Source of the DNA: Curvularia clavata | Taxonomy: Eukaryota | Assembly: GCA_023920165.1 (NCBI GenBank) | Contig: CP089275.1 | Location: forward strand, 5,828,001-5,880,203 | Direction of reading: 5' to 3' | DNA: 52,203 nt | In this document: piece after piece, positions 1 through 13,104 of the stretch | How positions within the stretch are numbered: the first letter of the stretch is position 1 | How the letters are laid out: each line of letters opens with the position of its first letter | Notes under the pieces: model-generated | Databases searched by the model: none | Seen by the model: only the letters and a program-made list of their open reading frames with translations | What the model was told of the DNA's origin: nothing | Translations under genes and position numbers: made by a program

Positions 1-1695
1 AAGGACAAGGAGAAGCAGAAGCAGCAAACCGAGTCTCAAGACAATGAGGATGATCAGGCCACATGTCTCAAGGGTCTATACGCAACAGCAGAGATCGCGG
101 CGGACAATGTGGCCAAAGTATGTGCGGCCACCGACTACCAATCCTACGCGCTAGCTAGCGGCCACCTGCGTACCAGAGGCTACAACAACTACCTTGTCTA
201 CGACATTGCCGGCCCACTGGACGTAGCGCGTCTTCATCGGGCTTGCCAGCAGGTAGTTGACCAGCACGAAATCCTACGGACGGTATTTGTAGTGCGCGAA
301 CGCCAGCTGGTCCAAGTGGTGTTGAAGCATATGTCTGCCCGCATCGAATATCCGTCTCGAGTGGAGGGGCTGAGCACACTGATCAGCGACGACGGCAACG
401 AAGAGATGAAGCTTGCCAGCAGCCCTGTCAAGTTTATGATTATGCGACAAGCCGGCGACCGAAATCGCCTGGTGATGCGCATCTCGCACGCGCAGTACGA
501 CGGCATAAGCTTGCCCATCTTGCTAGATGACCTTTCGGCGGCGTATGCAGGCCGCAGGATGCACAGTAGCCTGCCTTTCTCATCCTTCGTGCGCAGTGAG
601 TGCGAGCGTCAGCAGCTTGACGGTTCTGATGGTGCTGCTGCTGCTCAGCAGCACTGGAAGGAATGCCTTGCAGGGGCGCGCATGGCGGAAATTGTCGTGC
701 ACAAAGGGCCATCGTATCGCTACGCCATGGATGCTACCAAAACCCACACCGTCTCTCCGCACATGCAGGGACTGCCCTATACGTTTGCAACGGTGCTGCA
801 AACAGCATGGGCGCTGGTGCTGGCCGAGCTTGGCGGGCGCAACGATGTCGTCTTTGGTTACATTGCGTCGGGCCGAAGCACGCTTACGGGCGGCACCGTC
901 GTGGGGCCGTGTATGAACATCCTTCCTATGCGCATCAGGGTCCCCGTCTCTGCACATGATGCGCCGCTGGATACGGAACCTTTCCTCTCGCAGGTGCAGT
1001 CGCAATACCTGGCCAACATCCCCTTTGAGCACTACGGCTTCCGCCATGTCATCGAGGCCTGCACCGACTGGCCGCCGTGGACACGCTTCTCGTCGGTCGT
1101 GCAGCACAACAACCTGCCCGCCTGGCCAGCGTCAAGCGCCAAGCAGCAACAGCCCGACGGCACCGTCTGGCATTTCTCATCATACACGCCCCCGCATGAT
1201 GCCGCTGACGTGTGGGTGAGTTCGACGCCATCGCCAACCGGACGTGGCTTCACTGTCAACCTCGACTATAGCCACCAGGCCATGCCTGATGGCGTCGCCT
1301 CCACTATGCTCGAGCTGCTGTGTCGCTACATTGAGACACTCACGAGTGCTGCGGACCCACCAGCGCCTCGCCGTGCTCCTCTCCAAGTGCTCCCCACACT
1401 GCCGCTCGAGCACAAGACGTGGACGCCGCCAGACTCGCCTCCTGTCAACGAGGGCCCTTCAGACCCCTACAAGCTCGTCAACACGGTCTGGGACACGGTG
1501 CTGGGTGTCGACAGCGCTATCGATGGCAACACACCCTTCTTCGAAATCTGGGGCGACGCGATACTGGCCGCCGCCTGCCTCAGCGAGCAGTACCGTCGCA
1601 TGGGTCTGGCCGTTTCAACGGAAAATGTCATCGACCGCCCCACCAAGCGGTTACAGGTGCTGATGCTCGGAGGCGAAATTGACCACGTAGCCTGA
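1..1695 (+). CDS. NRPS, C-terminal part (5' truncated by window): terminal condensation-like domain plus degenerate thiolation domain
   Basis: Frame is open from base 1. C-domain motifs HEILRTVF, SHAQYDGIS (484-510), DVVFG and VGPCMNILP; a C-terminal T-like segment FFEIWGDAILAA; stop at 1693-1695. Confidence 0.9.
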   Translation, partial: KDKEKQKQQTESQDNEDDQATCLKGLYATAEIAADNVAKVCAATDYQSYALASGHLRTRGYNNYLVYDIAGPLDVARLHRACQQVVDQHEILRTVFVVRERQLVQVVLKHMSARIEYPSRVEGLSTLISDDGNEEMKLASSPVKFMIMRQAGDRNRLVMRISHAQYDGISLPILLDDLSAAYAGRRMHSSLPFSSFVRSECERQQLDGSDGAAAAQQHWKECLAGARMAEIVVHKGPSYRYAMDATKTHTVSPHMQGLPYTFATVLQTAWALVLAELGGRNDVVFGYIASGRSTLTGGTVVGPCMNILPMRIRVPVSAHDAPLDTEPFLSQVQSQYLANIPFEHYGFRHVIEACTDWPPWTRFSSVVQHNNLPAWPASSAKQQQPDGTVWHFSSYTPPHDAADVWVSSTPSPTGRGFTVNLDYSHQAMPDGVASTMLELLCRYIETLTSAADPPAPRRAPLQVLPTLPLEHKTWTPPDSPPVNEGPSDPYKLVNTVWDTVLGVDSAIDGNTPFFEIWGDAILAAACLSEQYRRMGLAVSTENVIDRPTKRLQVLMLGGEIDHVA

Positions 1696-3088
1696 TTGTG
1701 CGACGGTGAGCTAACGCAGCATGCTCCTGAAGGATGTATCTAGAGACTATGGACAGAGTGCAAACTGGAGAGAGTGGGTGCAAAAATATGTCGACGATCC
1801 CAAAATAGAGGTAAAAAAAAGGCCAAGTAAATTAAGCGATATGTCTGTAATCGTATATAGGTTTCCAATTGGCCAGAATTCACAGCATCCTCATGCACAA
1901 CTCATGATATACCAAGGATGCTCTCTGCGAGTCCATGTCGTGGGCCTGGGTGTAGCACTAGCATCGTCAGGACGATCTAGAACACGGTCAAGAGCCGCAT
2001 TTCAGACTATCGCGATGGCCTTAACCCTCTTTAACCCTTCAATCATTGCCCTTACCGGCTGCCCTGCATGCAGTCGCTGAAACAGGAGCTCCAACCCCGC
2101 TACACCCCAGCTAGCCAAATACATACATTTGGTCAGCTATCTACTTCCAAAACGCTCTGCGAAACGGTGATTTAAATGTCAAACCGGAAATGGTTGCTCT
2201 GCTGCCTTCTCATATCGTTCACAAAGAAGCAAAATGCATGCAGCAAAAACATCTATACAAGCATCTCATCACTAGCACCGAATATAACAAAACTAGCAAA
2301 GCAAGCTTCAGCCATAGGTTGTCGTGTTTTCCCCAACATGTGGACTCTGCTACCGCCACACCAGTACTAACAAGGAAGGTAAGGGTCTGTTCCGTCCCGC
2401 ATTTTGCGGCTCCTAAGCTGGGCTCCTAAGCTCCAAACCATGACAAAAAGATTAGCGCATCTGGTGACTTACCCGGCGCGTGATTTTTACCCTGCCAGCT
2501 GTTGGTAAGGCGTCCCTCAGCACCCATAACAATGCCCCCATTGAGCTGGTAATCCGTTGTCCGAGTATAACAGTTTGATTACTTATGCCAAAGATTCACG
2601 CTTACTGACTTGCAGCAATTTTTATGCCTGATCTGACAAACGATTCATTTATTATATTTTGTCTTTATATCTCTGCCCAGGGACTAGTGTAACACAACGT
2701 TATTGCAAAGGTGGAGCGCCATGGAGCAACTTCCAGTCTAGTTAGAATGTCGGTCATCCGATAGTAGAACACGTTAGCCAAAAGAGACATCAGGATACCC
2801 ATGTACTAGCGTTTCCCACTGGGTTGTACCTACCGTAAGCGGTCCATGAGTGTCACAGCCAGTACAAAGACGACATTTCAGCCACTCCCTCTCCATTACG
2901 TCGGCTTCTCTTAACTTGGGGTTGAAGCACGACGACGAACTATCACTGTTCTTCCCTCCCAACTCAATTTCGATCCAACTTAATTCCATTGTTGGTACTT
3001 GTTGCATTCACTTGCTGGGGCTACTTACGATTGGACTTGCGACGTGTTGAGAATCGACACTTTGCCACAGCCCTACCCGTCCTCGCGG

Positions 3089-4653
3089 ATGAGACACCAC
3101 GACGACGACACTGAAGAGCTTCAACAGGAGTTGAGGGAAGCCACATCCAAGGAACACAGACGGAGGCTGCAGAATCGAATCGCCCAGCGCAATCACCGTA
3201 AGTTTCTCAATCAGACTATTGGGAATGCTTGTATCATGACTAACCATTACGTGTGGGGGAGATAGGGAAGCGTGTGCGGCAGCAGCAACAGCAGGATCGA
3301 CAAGAGCAAGGGAACTTGAGGAGTCGGCTGCAGCAAAAAACGCAGCAGCAGCAAACGCAGGAACAGGAAGACGATCGAGAGGGCCACAAACAAACGCCAG
3401 GGGAAGCCTCCGACAAGCAGCAACAGCAGCCACATCCACCAGACTCTGACCTTCAACACGAAGATTGCGACGCCGTCATCTCCCAGACGTACTCGCGTCA
3501 CCACCTAGACGTCGAAGACGAGCCGGACCCGGATAGTAACGCACTCGAGTTTGACCTATTCAACACCACTGACGCGACCCACCCTCTGCCCTCCACCGTG
3601 GAACTCCCCCTCCCGCCTCCGCTGTCAATCTCACTGTCACTGGCTATGGATAGACTCAGCAAACGCGACTCACGCCGCATGTCGACCACTTCCTCTTTCT
3701 GCGCCTCCTGTGGTGCCGTTGACAACATGATTGATCCATCGCTCCTCCTTGACGTGCCCATGTCGCCAGGCCGGGGCCGCCAAAATGACTGGCAGGTCGT
3801 CGGCTCGCCTATGGTATTTGATGACTCTCTTGTAGACCACAACTTCATACCTACGACAACCCAGACGAACATAGATGCAAACGGGAGTGCTGGCAGTGTG
3901 TCGTCACATTTGAGTAGCGCAAGCGATGTTAGTGGTGGTGGGGGAGGAGCAGGATCAGGAGTAGGAGCAGGAAGGAACAGCCGGTTGCGGAACAGCACCT
4001 TAAACACCACATGCCAGCCCGCGCAAAGCCAGCATCAACACTGCCGCAGTCACACACCGGACTGCTTCAAAGCCGTTGGCCAATCCCACATCCATAGCTC
4101 GCTCTCTTCCTCAAATAACAACACCACATGCTGCTCACACTCACACCACACACAGCTCTCATCACGCCGCCACAACCACCGCCATTGCTCAACCTCGCCA
4201 GCCTCCTACAAAACGTCTTCAAAATCCTCCAACTCCTCCAACTCCCCTCCTTCCCCCTCCCCATCGCACCTCCATAACCGGCCCTCTGCGTCTTCCTCTA
4301 CGCCCGCGGCCACACCAACCTCACGCTACATCAACCTCAAAGCAGGTACCTCGTCCGACTGGACAACACCTTTACATATTGCCGTTGAGAAAGGCCACGA
4401 AAAGCTCGTTCGCTTGTTGCTTATGCAGGGCGGAAATGTGAATGAGAAAGATGCAAAGGGCAGCACGGTACTGCATAAGGCGGCGAGTAGGGGGTATGAT
4501 AACGTGGTCAGGGTGTTATTAGATGCGCCTGGGTTGGATTTAGATGTTGTTGATGCAGAGGGCTGGACAGCCTTGCATAGAGCGGCGGAGAGTGGAAATG
4601 AGGCCGTGGTGCTGTTGTTTCTGGGGCATGCTGCAGCAGTAGGGTCGTCGTAA
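3089..4653 (+). CDS. bZIP-basic-region / ankyrin-repeat (bANK) transcription factor, ToxE/Aps2/Fgm4-like; exons 3089-3197, 3266-4653
   Basis: Basic region RRRLQNRIAQRNHR|KRVR is joined across a GTAAGT..GACTAAC..TAG intron (3198-3265). No clear leucine zipper. C-terminal ankyrin repeats TPLHIAVEKGHEKLVRLLL, TVLHKAASRGYDNVVRVLL and TALHRAAESGNEAVVLLFL. Confidence 0.88.
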
Positions 4654-4820
4654 ATCTTTCTCATTCTTTCGTCATCCAAAGAACAAAAAAGCATCTCTCT
4701 AGACGTCATGGATTTGTGGAATTAGTACGTTAGTCTATCCGGAACTCGCGCATAGTAGGTTCCCTATCAACCTTTTTGCTCTCTCTAGTGTTTTATCAGG
4801 CGAGATTGCTAGGAGTGTCC

Positions 4821-5291
4821 TGTTACAAGTAATAAGAAATAATCTCTCTTAGAGGAGGCCGCATGGTAAGAGACCATTCGGCGACATGTCAGAAGGTAAT
4901 AATCTCCGCGGGGCGGCCGTCACGTAAAAGAGGTAATATCTCGCTAAACAAGAGATGCCACCACGTCTGAAGATGCCACGGCATCTGGGACATCTAGCGA
5001 TGCCTAGGTAATAGCAAAAGAATATAGATATTAGTACTACAAGCAATAGATATAAGAGTAGGTTTGATTTTATTATTACACTTAGTATAGTCAATTCTAA
5101 CAATTTCTTCTCTTATACAGATAAATACTTGGTTATTCCATTTCTAATAGAATTAGTACGTCTACCTTTATTTATATCTCTCCTCTCCGAATCACCACAC
5201 AATTGCCGCACGGTATACTTTAATAAATTATCTCGCCCTAACCCGGATCGAGATTAGGTAAGTATATGTGAGGCCAACTTCACGCAGTACA
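4821..5291 (+). mobile_element. Diverged solo LTR related to the gypsy LTR at 23539/30450, opposite orientation
   Basis: Starts TGTTACAAGTAA and aligns to the reverse complement of both ends of the 507-bp LTR (e.g. GTCAGAAGGTAAT, CGGTATACTT, CTCGCCCTAACCCGG, TAGGTAAGTATAT). Right boundary is approximate; no clear TSD. Confidence 0.8.
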
Positions 5292-6502
5292 AGTGGTCGA
5301 GCAGAAGAGGAGAGAAAGAAGTAACAATCTATTTGAGGCACGGCCTGATGCAACGAATAATGGAACTGCGGATCCGCTAGTACAGAAGAGCTGAAGAGAT
5401 CCCTAGCTCTCTAGTTGAAGTACTATTCTTGCATGCCGGGACTGCTGAGCTACCTTCTTCTGGTATAATCAAATGAGTTCTGCGTACGTCTGCTATGGGG
5501 GAAATGACCACGTAGCGGGCTTCTGGAGCGACGCGTATAGATGAAAGTCACTCTTATGTAGTTCACTTCTTTTGCATGGATATTTTTAGTCTTTTACCAG
5601 GGCCCAGTTCGTTAAAGCAGCCTACAAAGATATGCCAACGCAACCTGATATCCGCCGTGATTGATAGCTCCTTATTGTTCGCGTTCCGTATAATGCTACA
5701 ACACTGGTATCATTCGCCTGTACTCGTTGTTTGTGCTGTACCTCGACTTCTTTGAAGCGCGTGGTTCTGAGCGCTACACTAATCTTGGTTAAGCCACGTT
5801 TGCTAGCCTAGACATCACTGGTTATCTTGATGCTCCCGGGTGCCCCGGCCTCCAGGCGCACCTGGCACAGTGTTCATGCGTCCTCGTCGAGGCTGTTGTT
5901 CTGGGCGGCAGGCTGCTGACGCAAGCAATTGGCTTCTCCCGACATAGTAGCAAAGCCGAGAGCTTCGTATCGCTTCTGTGGCTTTTAAATATGCGGTCTC
6001 CCAGATGGAATGATAATGATGAGATGCAAAAGTGACTAAGCTACCACACTATCCAAATCCAAGATTACCATGGGTGAGTTGTAGTTTACGGTGCTAATCT
6101 TTTCATTACATCAACGAGTAGCGAACTAGAATTCAAGCTTTCCACCTCGTATTCCAAAGCCCCCTCCTAATGTGCGCTAGTCTGCCCACACAACTTATAA
6201 ACTAATCATTCAATGAGTATTCTGCAGAAACATTTGTAACTGACGGCGAAGTATTATAACTTCTTTGTCTCGTCTTTAGTCTAGTACGATGACATCATTA
6301 GCCTGAATGAGAAGACCACTCGATAGTCACGGAAATGGAAATTGTGGGACCACAGACCGAGAAGGTCCGATCATGACGTCATAGCAAAGCACTCTGGTCC
6401 TCCGAAAGGTGCATGCGATGAGAGAAGCCGGTTACAGTATATACAGTTGTATATTCCAAAGTTGAGGATCTCTCGAATACACCACAGACCTATTACTACG
6501 TC

Positions 6503-7672
6503 ATGGCGCCGAAGATCTTCATGTATGTACCGCCCCATTCAGTCGAGCCGGCCATCCCAAAACGCTGTTCGGGTGATCTCTAAATTCGCAGACCACTAAC
6601 AATTCCCAAATAGCACAGGAGCCACAGGCTACATCGGTGGTGATATATTGTATCAGTTGTACAACACCCATCCGGAATACGCGTACTCAGCTCTGGTGCG
6701 AACAAAGGAGAAGGCAAAGTCTGTGACTGATGCATTTCCCGATGTGCGCATTGTTATCGGCAGTCTTGATGATTCGGATATTCTGAAAGAAGAAGCCTCG
6801 AAAGCTGATGTTGTCATTCGTACGATGTACCTTCTCTATTCTCCGTATCTTATCCTAACAGTCCCTTAGACACAGCAGACGCATCTGACCATGTTGGTGC
6901 TGCTAAAGCCATCGCAGCAGGTCTTGCGTCGTCGCACTCGGCCACAAACCCAGGATTCTGGTTGCATACCGGCGGAACAGGAATTTTATGTTGGGAGACA
7001 ATGCGCTCAGATGAGCGACTAGGAGAAGAATCCTCCCGCCAATACGACGACTGGACAGGGATTGCAGATCTGATCGGCCTGCCGAGCGACGCATTCCACA
7101 AGAATGTGGATGATATTGTCCTATCTTCCAACTCCGATGCGGTAAAGACTGCCATTGTGTGCCCTCCAACCATCTATGGGCGCGGACGTGGGCCTGTTAA
7201 CTCGCGCAGCCGACAAGCGTACGAGCTCGCAAAGTTAATCCTCACGGGTGGCTACATTCCCATCGTCGGCCAGGGAAAGGCTAGGTGGAACGCCATTCAT
7301 GTGCAAGATCTAGCGAATGTTTTTGTTCTGCTGGCAGAAGCCGCCGTCTCAAAGAACGAAAACAAGGGGTTGTGGAACGATAAAGGTTACTTCTTGGTAG
7401 AGAATGGTGAATTCTTCTGGGCTGATTTAGCTCGTTTGATGGGTCGACGTGCCGTGAAATTGGGTCTTGTGGGAGATGGGAAAGCGTTGGAGGAAAAGAA
7501 CCTAGGAAAAGACAAGGCAATTGAGCAAGCTGGATTCGAAGCAGTCAGCTGGGGCTACAACAGCCGAGGCAAGGCAGAGCGAGCAAGGAAAGTGCTTGGA
7601 TGGGAGCCAAAGAAGGGAAAGATCGAGGACTGGGTCGATGAGATTCTGGAGGATGAGAAAGCCAGACTCTAG
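6503..7672 (+). CDS. NAD(P)-binding Rossmann-fold oxidoreductase (extended/atypical SDR, epimerase-like); exons 6503-6522, 6614-6819, 6870-7672
   Basis: Spliced N-terminus MAPKIFITGATGYIGG; motifs HTGGTG, IVCPPTIYG and IHVQDLA. Both GT-AG introns have CTAAC branch sites and keep the frame. Confidence 0.85.
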
Positions 7673-8149
7673 TTAAGCAGCGATGTACCGTAAAAATCAG
7701 GCACATGAGCTATGCGCGTATTATCACCTGGAATTTTGAGAAGAACAGACAGCAGATATTGTTTGGTATTGTCCTCAAGCTAAATCAAGTCTATCCATTA
7801 CTGCTCGACCATCTCTCACCTCTCGCACAACCTCTCAGCCTACCTATATTATGCTTCTCCCTGGTCTTTCCAGCGGATCCTCCGTACTTCTCTACAACAG
7901 TTGTACCGTCTAAATCAACTTTTGGGCTGCCGATGTGACCAAATGATGCATAGGACAGTTCTGCTCTTGCATACCGACTTTGTTCACTTGGCTGAAGAAT
8001 CGACCTCTGCGGCAGGATAGATCGCGCTCACTCCCGTACCTCCGCTTCTTAATTTTAGTCGCTTGTATATACTGTTGAACCGCCATCTCTCTGAAACATA
8101 CTATAAGATGAAGCAGAAATTGCGCAGCTATATTGACAATTATTTGCCT

Positions 8150-9300
8150 CATATCATGGTACTGCAGAGCTGAAATAAGCGCAGTCAAGGGCAGACCGGC
8201 CTTCGCGAAATTCACTGAGCGACAACTCTCTCGACGCTCAAGTTGCGTCAGCTCAGCCTCAAAGAACTGCATAGAGGACTAGCACAGAGCGACTGCTACC
8301 AACACGTCTCTCAACATCAATCGGAGGAAGCGGCGAAAAGGCTGGGCTGACAGCACATCGCTCAGCTTGCGCAGCTTCTGCAGGATAGACTACGTCGTCG
8401 CCTAGAGCGTCGTGACATTATAGCTGCAGGCGACATGTAGTTGGAGAATCATCATTGTATGCGCTACTTTAATAGAGGTGAAGGTCATCGAGCAGCATTG
8501 CTTCAAACCTTCTAAAACGCGGTATGAGCTCATGAAGCTTCGCGAATGTAGATACAGTCACGGTGTGTATACTCTGTATAATCTTCCTTGGTGTGTCTCG
8601 ACTACTGGGACAACGAGTCTGGACACTTGAAAACGAAGGGAGATTTCTCTTCTCTATCAAAGAAGCACAAGTCTTTGATCCCTTCATTGCTTTTCAGCAT
8701 AAAAGGTCCGCTTTCTGTTTCCTGGTCAACATCAATGACTAGAGAAACGTACCTAACAATCTTTCTCGTGTCCATAATGCCCCTGTTATGCTTGTTGACG
8801 CAACTCCAGTAGGTGGAGAGATATGTTACCCCTACAGAATGCAGAACATCACGGTCTCTAGTAACCATCGTCCAATAAGGGACACCTCGTCCGGAAGCGA
8901 GCGAGGTGCCGACAGAACGGGCAGGCTGGAGGTACTTTCCGCTGTCCATTGCGTCTACTACACTACAGGCCATCACGTTCATCGAGTGCTAGGGTGGCTA
9001 ATCATCTTATGTGAATGGCAGTCCAGTGCGGCCCAAGTAAGCCTTGAGACCCTCGATGATGGACTGGTGAAATTGACTGTTGCGTCTTCGCCATTTGCTC
9101 AGGACCTGAAGAAGCTCAAGTAGACAGCTCTTCTGAAATTCGTCAAGGCCGTTTCGAAGGATATAGCGTCTATATACACAGAAGTCGGCAAATGGCTCGC
9201 CGTAGCCAACGAATTGAGCTAATATGCTCGTGTTTAGACTCTGCGAGCTGGTTTCAGCTTCTCCTGTTGCAAGTCGAACATTCTAACTACACATGTTGGC
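8150..9300 (-). pseudogene. Possible degraded gene of unknown function
   Basis: Protein-like stretches on the minus strand (HQSIIEGLKAYLGRTGLPF; SILQKLRKLSDVLSAQPFRRFLRLMLRD; FFEAELTQLERRE) broken by stops. No family recognised; boundaries approximate. Confidence 0.25.
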
Positions 9301-10806
9301 AACGATTGGAAGGAGATCAGTGCGTTTTCTCAATTTGCGCCTATTGAGGTGATAAGGATGCTGAATGCTATTGATTTCGTAGTGTCGATTGCCTTGGCGT
9401 ACCGATACTTGAGCATGATATCGTACTTGGCCACCTTCTCGAGGATTGTTCGTGGATTTCTTGGAAATCCACTAATCGTGTATTGTGGTGCCGAAGCAAG
9501 CTAAGCATAACAGCTGTAAAGCCCTTACAACGGGAATGCAGCTTGAATGGGACCTCTTCCGGTGACGGGAGTCCTGATACCATCTTCTAGGGTCCGGTTC
9601 TCAGGTGCGCACGGCCGCTGAGCGGTTCGATACAGCGACTAGGCTACATAAGGCTTGGCGTACAATACTTTCCTGTTTGCGTATAATGCATCGAATACTG
9701 CGCACGCCGCGTTATCACGAACAGGACTTTGTTCACTATCATACAGTCCCTTTGCGAGGGCCAAACTGCTTGTCAACTACACGCCATAGGTTCTAGTATA
9801 ATTATCCTGTATCCGATCTGTGCACTTACCTCCGTGGTACACCAGCAAATAATCGAGAAGGGCGTTCAAAAATGAGTGAAATTGAACAAATTGCATCTTG
9901 TATGCAACTGAGGATTTCCTTGGAGGAACCAAGTCAGCGAGAGGTCAGACATGGTTTACACTTTGAGGCTCAGAATCTCACCATTCAACTCTCAGCTCAT
10001 TGGTGATATGATTTTAGGTTCGTCAAAACATTACTTAATTGGGGCTAATGCAACGTGTATCCTTGTTTGTGCACCACCACAAGGTATAGAGTGATATTTG
10101 TCCTCGAGAGGCGCTTCTATCCCTTTTCTTGGAACTAGAGTAGAAAAATTTTGAATACGTTGAAAATGCTTGGTTCGCAAATGCTAATATCTTTCTATGA
10201 AATGGACTCTATCTAAACAGAAAACTGCACTTCTAACACAAGGCTCAAGGGTTTATGGAGAGTTAGGTCGAAAGCAGTAGAGTCAGAAGGGGGATTGGGA
10301 ACGAAGTTTAGCTAGTATCGGAGATGATATAAAAGAGCTTAGGACGACTTACTCTAGTTACATAGAATAGGTGTTTTGGTCTGAGTTCTTGAAGTATAAT
10401 ATAGGGTAAAAAGATTACAATTACTATAGGATGTTAAATTCTGTTTGCACTTAGACCGCGAGATAAGGGCCGATTTAGCGTGGTAGCGAAGCCTACGTAG
10501 ACGGCATTATAGATAGTGAAATTAGAGAAACCTTAAAGTATAGTAATTTATCTTGTTATAAGTTCTCTATCTACGCATAAGCAACTAGAAAGCTACTTAG
10601 TGCTGGGATAAGTTTTCTAGTCCAATTCTTCACTGGAAGTTCTGCGGTTTTGGCAAACGCGAAAACCGCTTGAGCCGTATTGGCTATCAACCTCGCTTAT
10701 CCTGGTTCTTCCCCTCCTGCACGTCGTAGCCACATGACTTGGCGAGTGTCACAGCTGTCGCCCACCTTCATCTTCCTCCTTCATCTACCACGACAAGAGC
10801 GCAAAC

Positions 10807-13104
10807 ATGCTATGCAACATTTGTGTTGGTGCTTTGACACACCGAGCGAATCTTATCGCGAAAGAACATGGAGATGATGGTCTCGTCATAATGTGCGCAC
10901 ACCACCGAACGCTGGAAACCCTTGAGATGTCTGCAGCGCAAGGATGCCACATATGTCAAGCATTTTGGTTGCAAGTGTCCGAGACTGAACAAGACGCTTT
11001 GCGAGCTGCTGAGACGAAACGACTCTTAGCGACTCCTGGCCGACCGCCGGAAAAGCCACAACCCGATAACCTAGAGGAGTATTTCGAGTGGCTGACTTTG
11101 ACCCTGCTTCTCAAAGAGCCGTGGGGCTTGGGGGTGGATTACGTTTTAATGATTAAGTTCAGTGGCGAGGGAATCGATTGGAGAAGTGTCAGCTCTAAGG
11201 ATACTCTTGCGCTTGGTTTTCACACTTTTCAGATATGCTTCAGTACGTGGCTCACGCTCCATTTTTTAAAGTAACTAAAACATAGAAGATCCCGACTGTC
11301 AATCTCCTCAAGCAGTCAACTCATACAGCACAGATTCAGATGAATCCTGGGCTACTGCAATGACATGGTTCGACCAATGCGTTAAAACGCATGTGAAGTG
11401 CAACCCAAACCGCGACCGTCCGGCCTGGTATCCAACAAGGCTATTGGATCTTGGATCAGGTCAAAATGGTAACCAAACTGTGCGACTGATTCAAACAGCC
11501 GATGAAGCGATGAGTGGTCCGTACGTGACATTGAGCCACTGCTGGGGGAAATCCCAGTTCATCCAATTGAACAAGAACACTTCCGCGAGTCTGCGCTCTG
11601 GCGTTTCCATCGAAGTCATGCCAAAGACTTTTAGAGAAGCTATTCTCACCACGAGACGATTCGATACTAGGTACATTTGGATCGACAGCATGTGTATACA
11701 GCAGGTATGAATGCATATGGGCGAGGACTGTTCAAGACAGTCGCTGACAGAACACAACGAAAAGGACGATCGATCTGACTGGTTTCACGAAGCAGGTAAT
11801 CGTACCCATCTGCTCCAGGTTTTCCAAAACACGCACTGACAAGGCATGACATAGCGCTCATGCACAAAGTATACTCGCATTCATATTGCAATTTTTCTGC
11901 TGCTTCGGCAGTCGACAGCAGTCAAGGTCTCTTTCGCACGCGAGACCCACAGGCACTGAACGAGACACGAATAAAACTCTGCGTCGCCGATCTTGAGGAA
12001 TCGCGTACCCACATCCAGTGCGACGTTCACAACTACTTCTTCTGGTCGCACAACATTCCCGGCTGTATTATCAACAAACGTGCTTGGGTTGTCCAAGAAC
12101 GTCTTCTCGCACCACGCGTTTTGTATTTTGGCCACTCACAACTTCTCTGGGAATGCATGGAACATGATGCCTCTGAGTCGTATCCAAACGAACTACCTGC
12201 TTTCTTCCAGAAACAAGTCCTCACCAACTTTAAGGCCCTGGACGCAGACACACACATCAGGAAGATCGAAGCTCAAGGGCGCCAAGTCGATCAAGACATT
12301 GCCTGTTACGAGATCTGGAACAAGATCATCTCAGCGTACTCCGAAACACTCCTCACGGTAGCAAGCGACAAACTGATCGCGCTGTCTGGTATTGCAAAGC
12401 GTATAAGGCCGAGCGTCAACAACGATTCATACGTTGCTGGTATGTGGAGAAAGCACCTCGAAAGCGCATTGCTTTGGCGAGTAAAAAATCACGAGAAGAT
12501 TGATGGCTCGCCTTCCTGTCGACCTACACCCTACCGAGCTCCAACCTGGTCATGGGCCTCAGTTGACGGCGTCGTGGGCATGGAAGCTGTGAGAAGCAAA
12601 AGCGAATGGGCGATCGAGGTTGTTGATTACCACCTTGAATATGCGACAAAAGATACCACGGGTGTTGTTACCGGTGGCTGGCTCGACTTGCAAGGTGCAC
12701 TGAAACCATTAGGTCTTACGCACGAAACACAAGATCGATGGCGCATGTTGGCAAACAATGCGCTTGTCTGCCCGCAGGATGAAAGTCTTCCAGACTGGAA
12801 GCGTATAGGTCCTATTGTCTACCTCGACGTACCCGCCACAGATGACGCTTTTGTGCGCGACATGGCTGAGCAACGTCTCTTCTTTATCGTCGCTCGGAGG
12901 TCAGATAGCGAGAACGAGTACATCCCGGCCTTATTACTGCGTCTCTGCGATGTAGAGCGGAGGTTGTTCGAGCGCATCGGTATTGCAACAGGTGGTCCGA
13001 AAGGTGGGATAGAGATGCTACTAGCGGAGCTAGACGAAGAGACAAGAGCTTCTCTACCTTGCCTTCGCTATGACAACAAGTTGCACACAGTCCGAATGAT
13101 ATAG
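10807..13104 (+). CDS. HET-domain (heterokaryon incompatibility) protein; exons 10807-11242, 11286-11704, 11765-11795, 11855-13104
   Basis: Motifs PTRLLDL, YVTLSHCWG, YIWIDSMCIQQDD..DW..EA.LM.KVYS, RAWVVQERLLAPRVLYF, DKLIALSGIA and APTWSWAS. Three introns keep the frame. Confidence 0.92.

Noticed and set aside
155..1682. Numerous short overlapping ORFs within the NRPS, and likewise inside the other genes
   Set aside because: Shadow frames of GC-rich coding sequence with no motifs.
6468..6477. ATCTCTCGAA matching the ToxE tox-box (ATCTCNCGNA) before the oxidoreductase
   Set aside because: One or two hits are expected by chance in 52 kb, and it lies only about 25 bp before the ATG, probably in the 5' UTR.
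10100..10660. AT-rich patch as an identifiable element (also about 13440-13700, 18280-18560 and 38760-38930)
   Set aside because: RIP-like composition, but no termini or coding motifs that I can assign.
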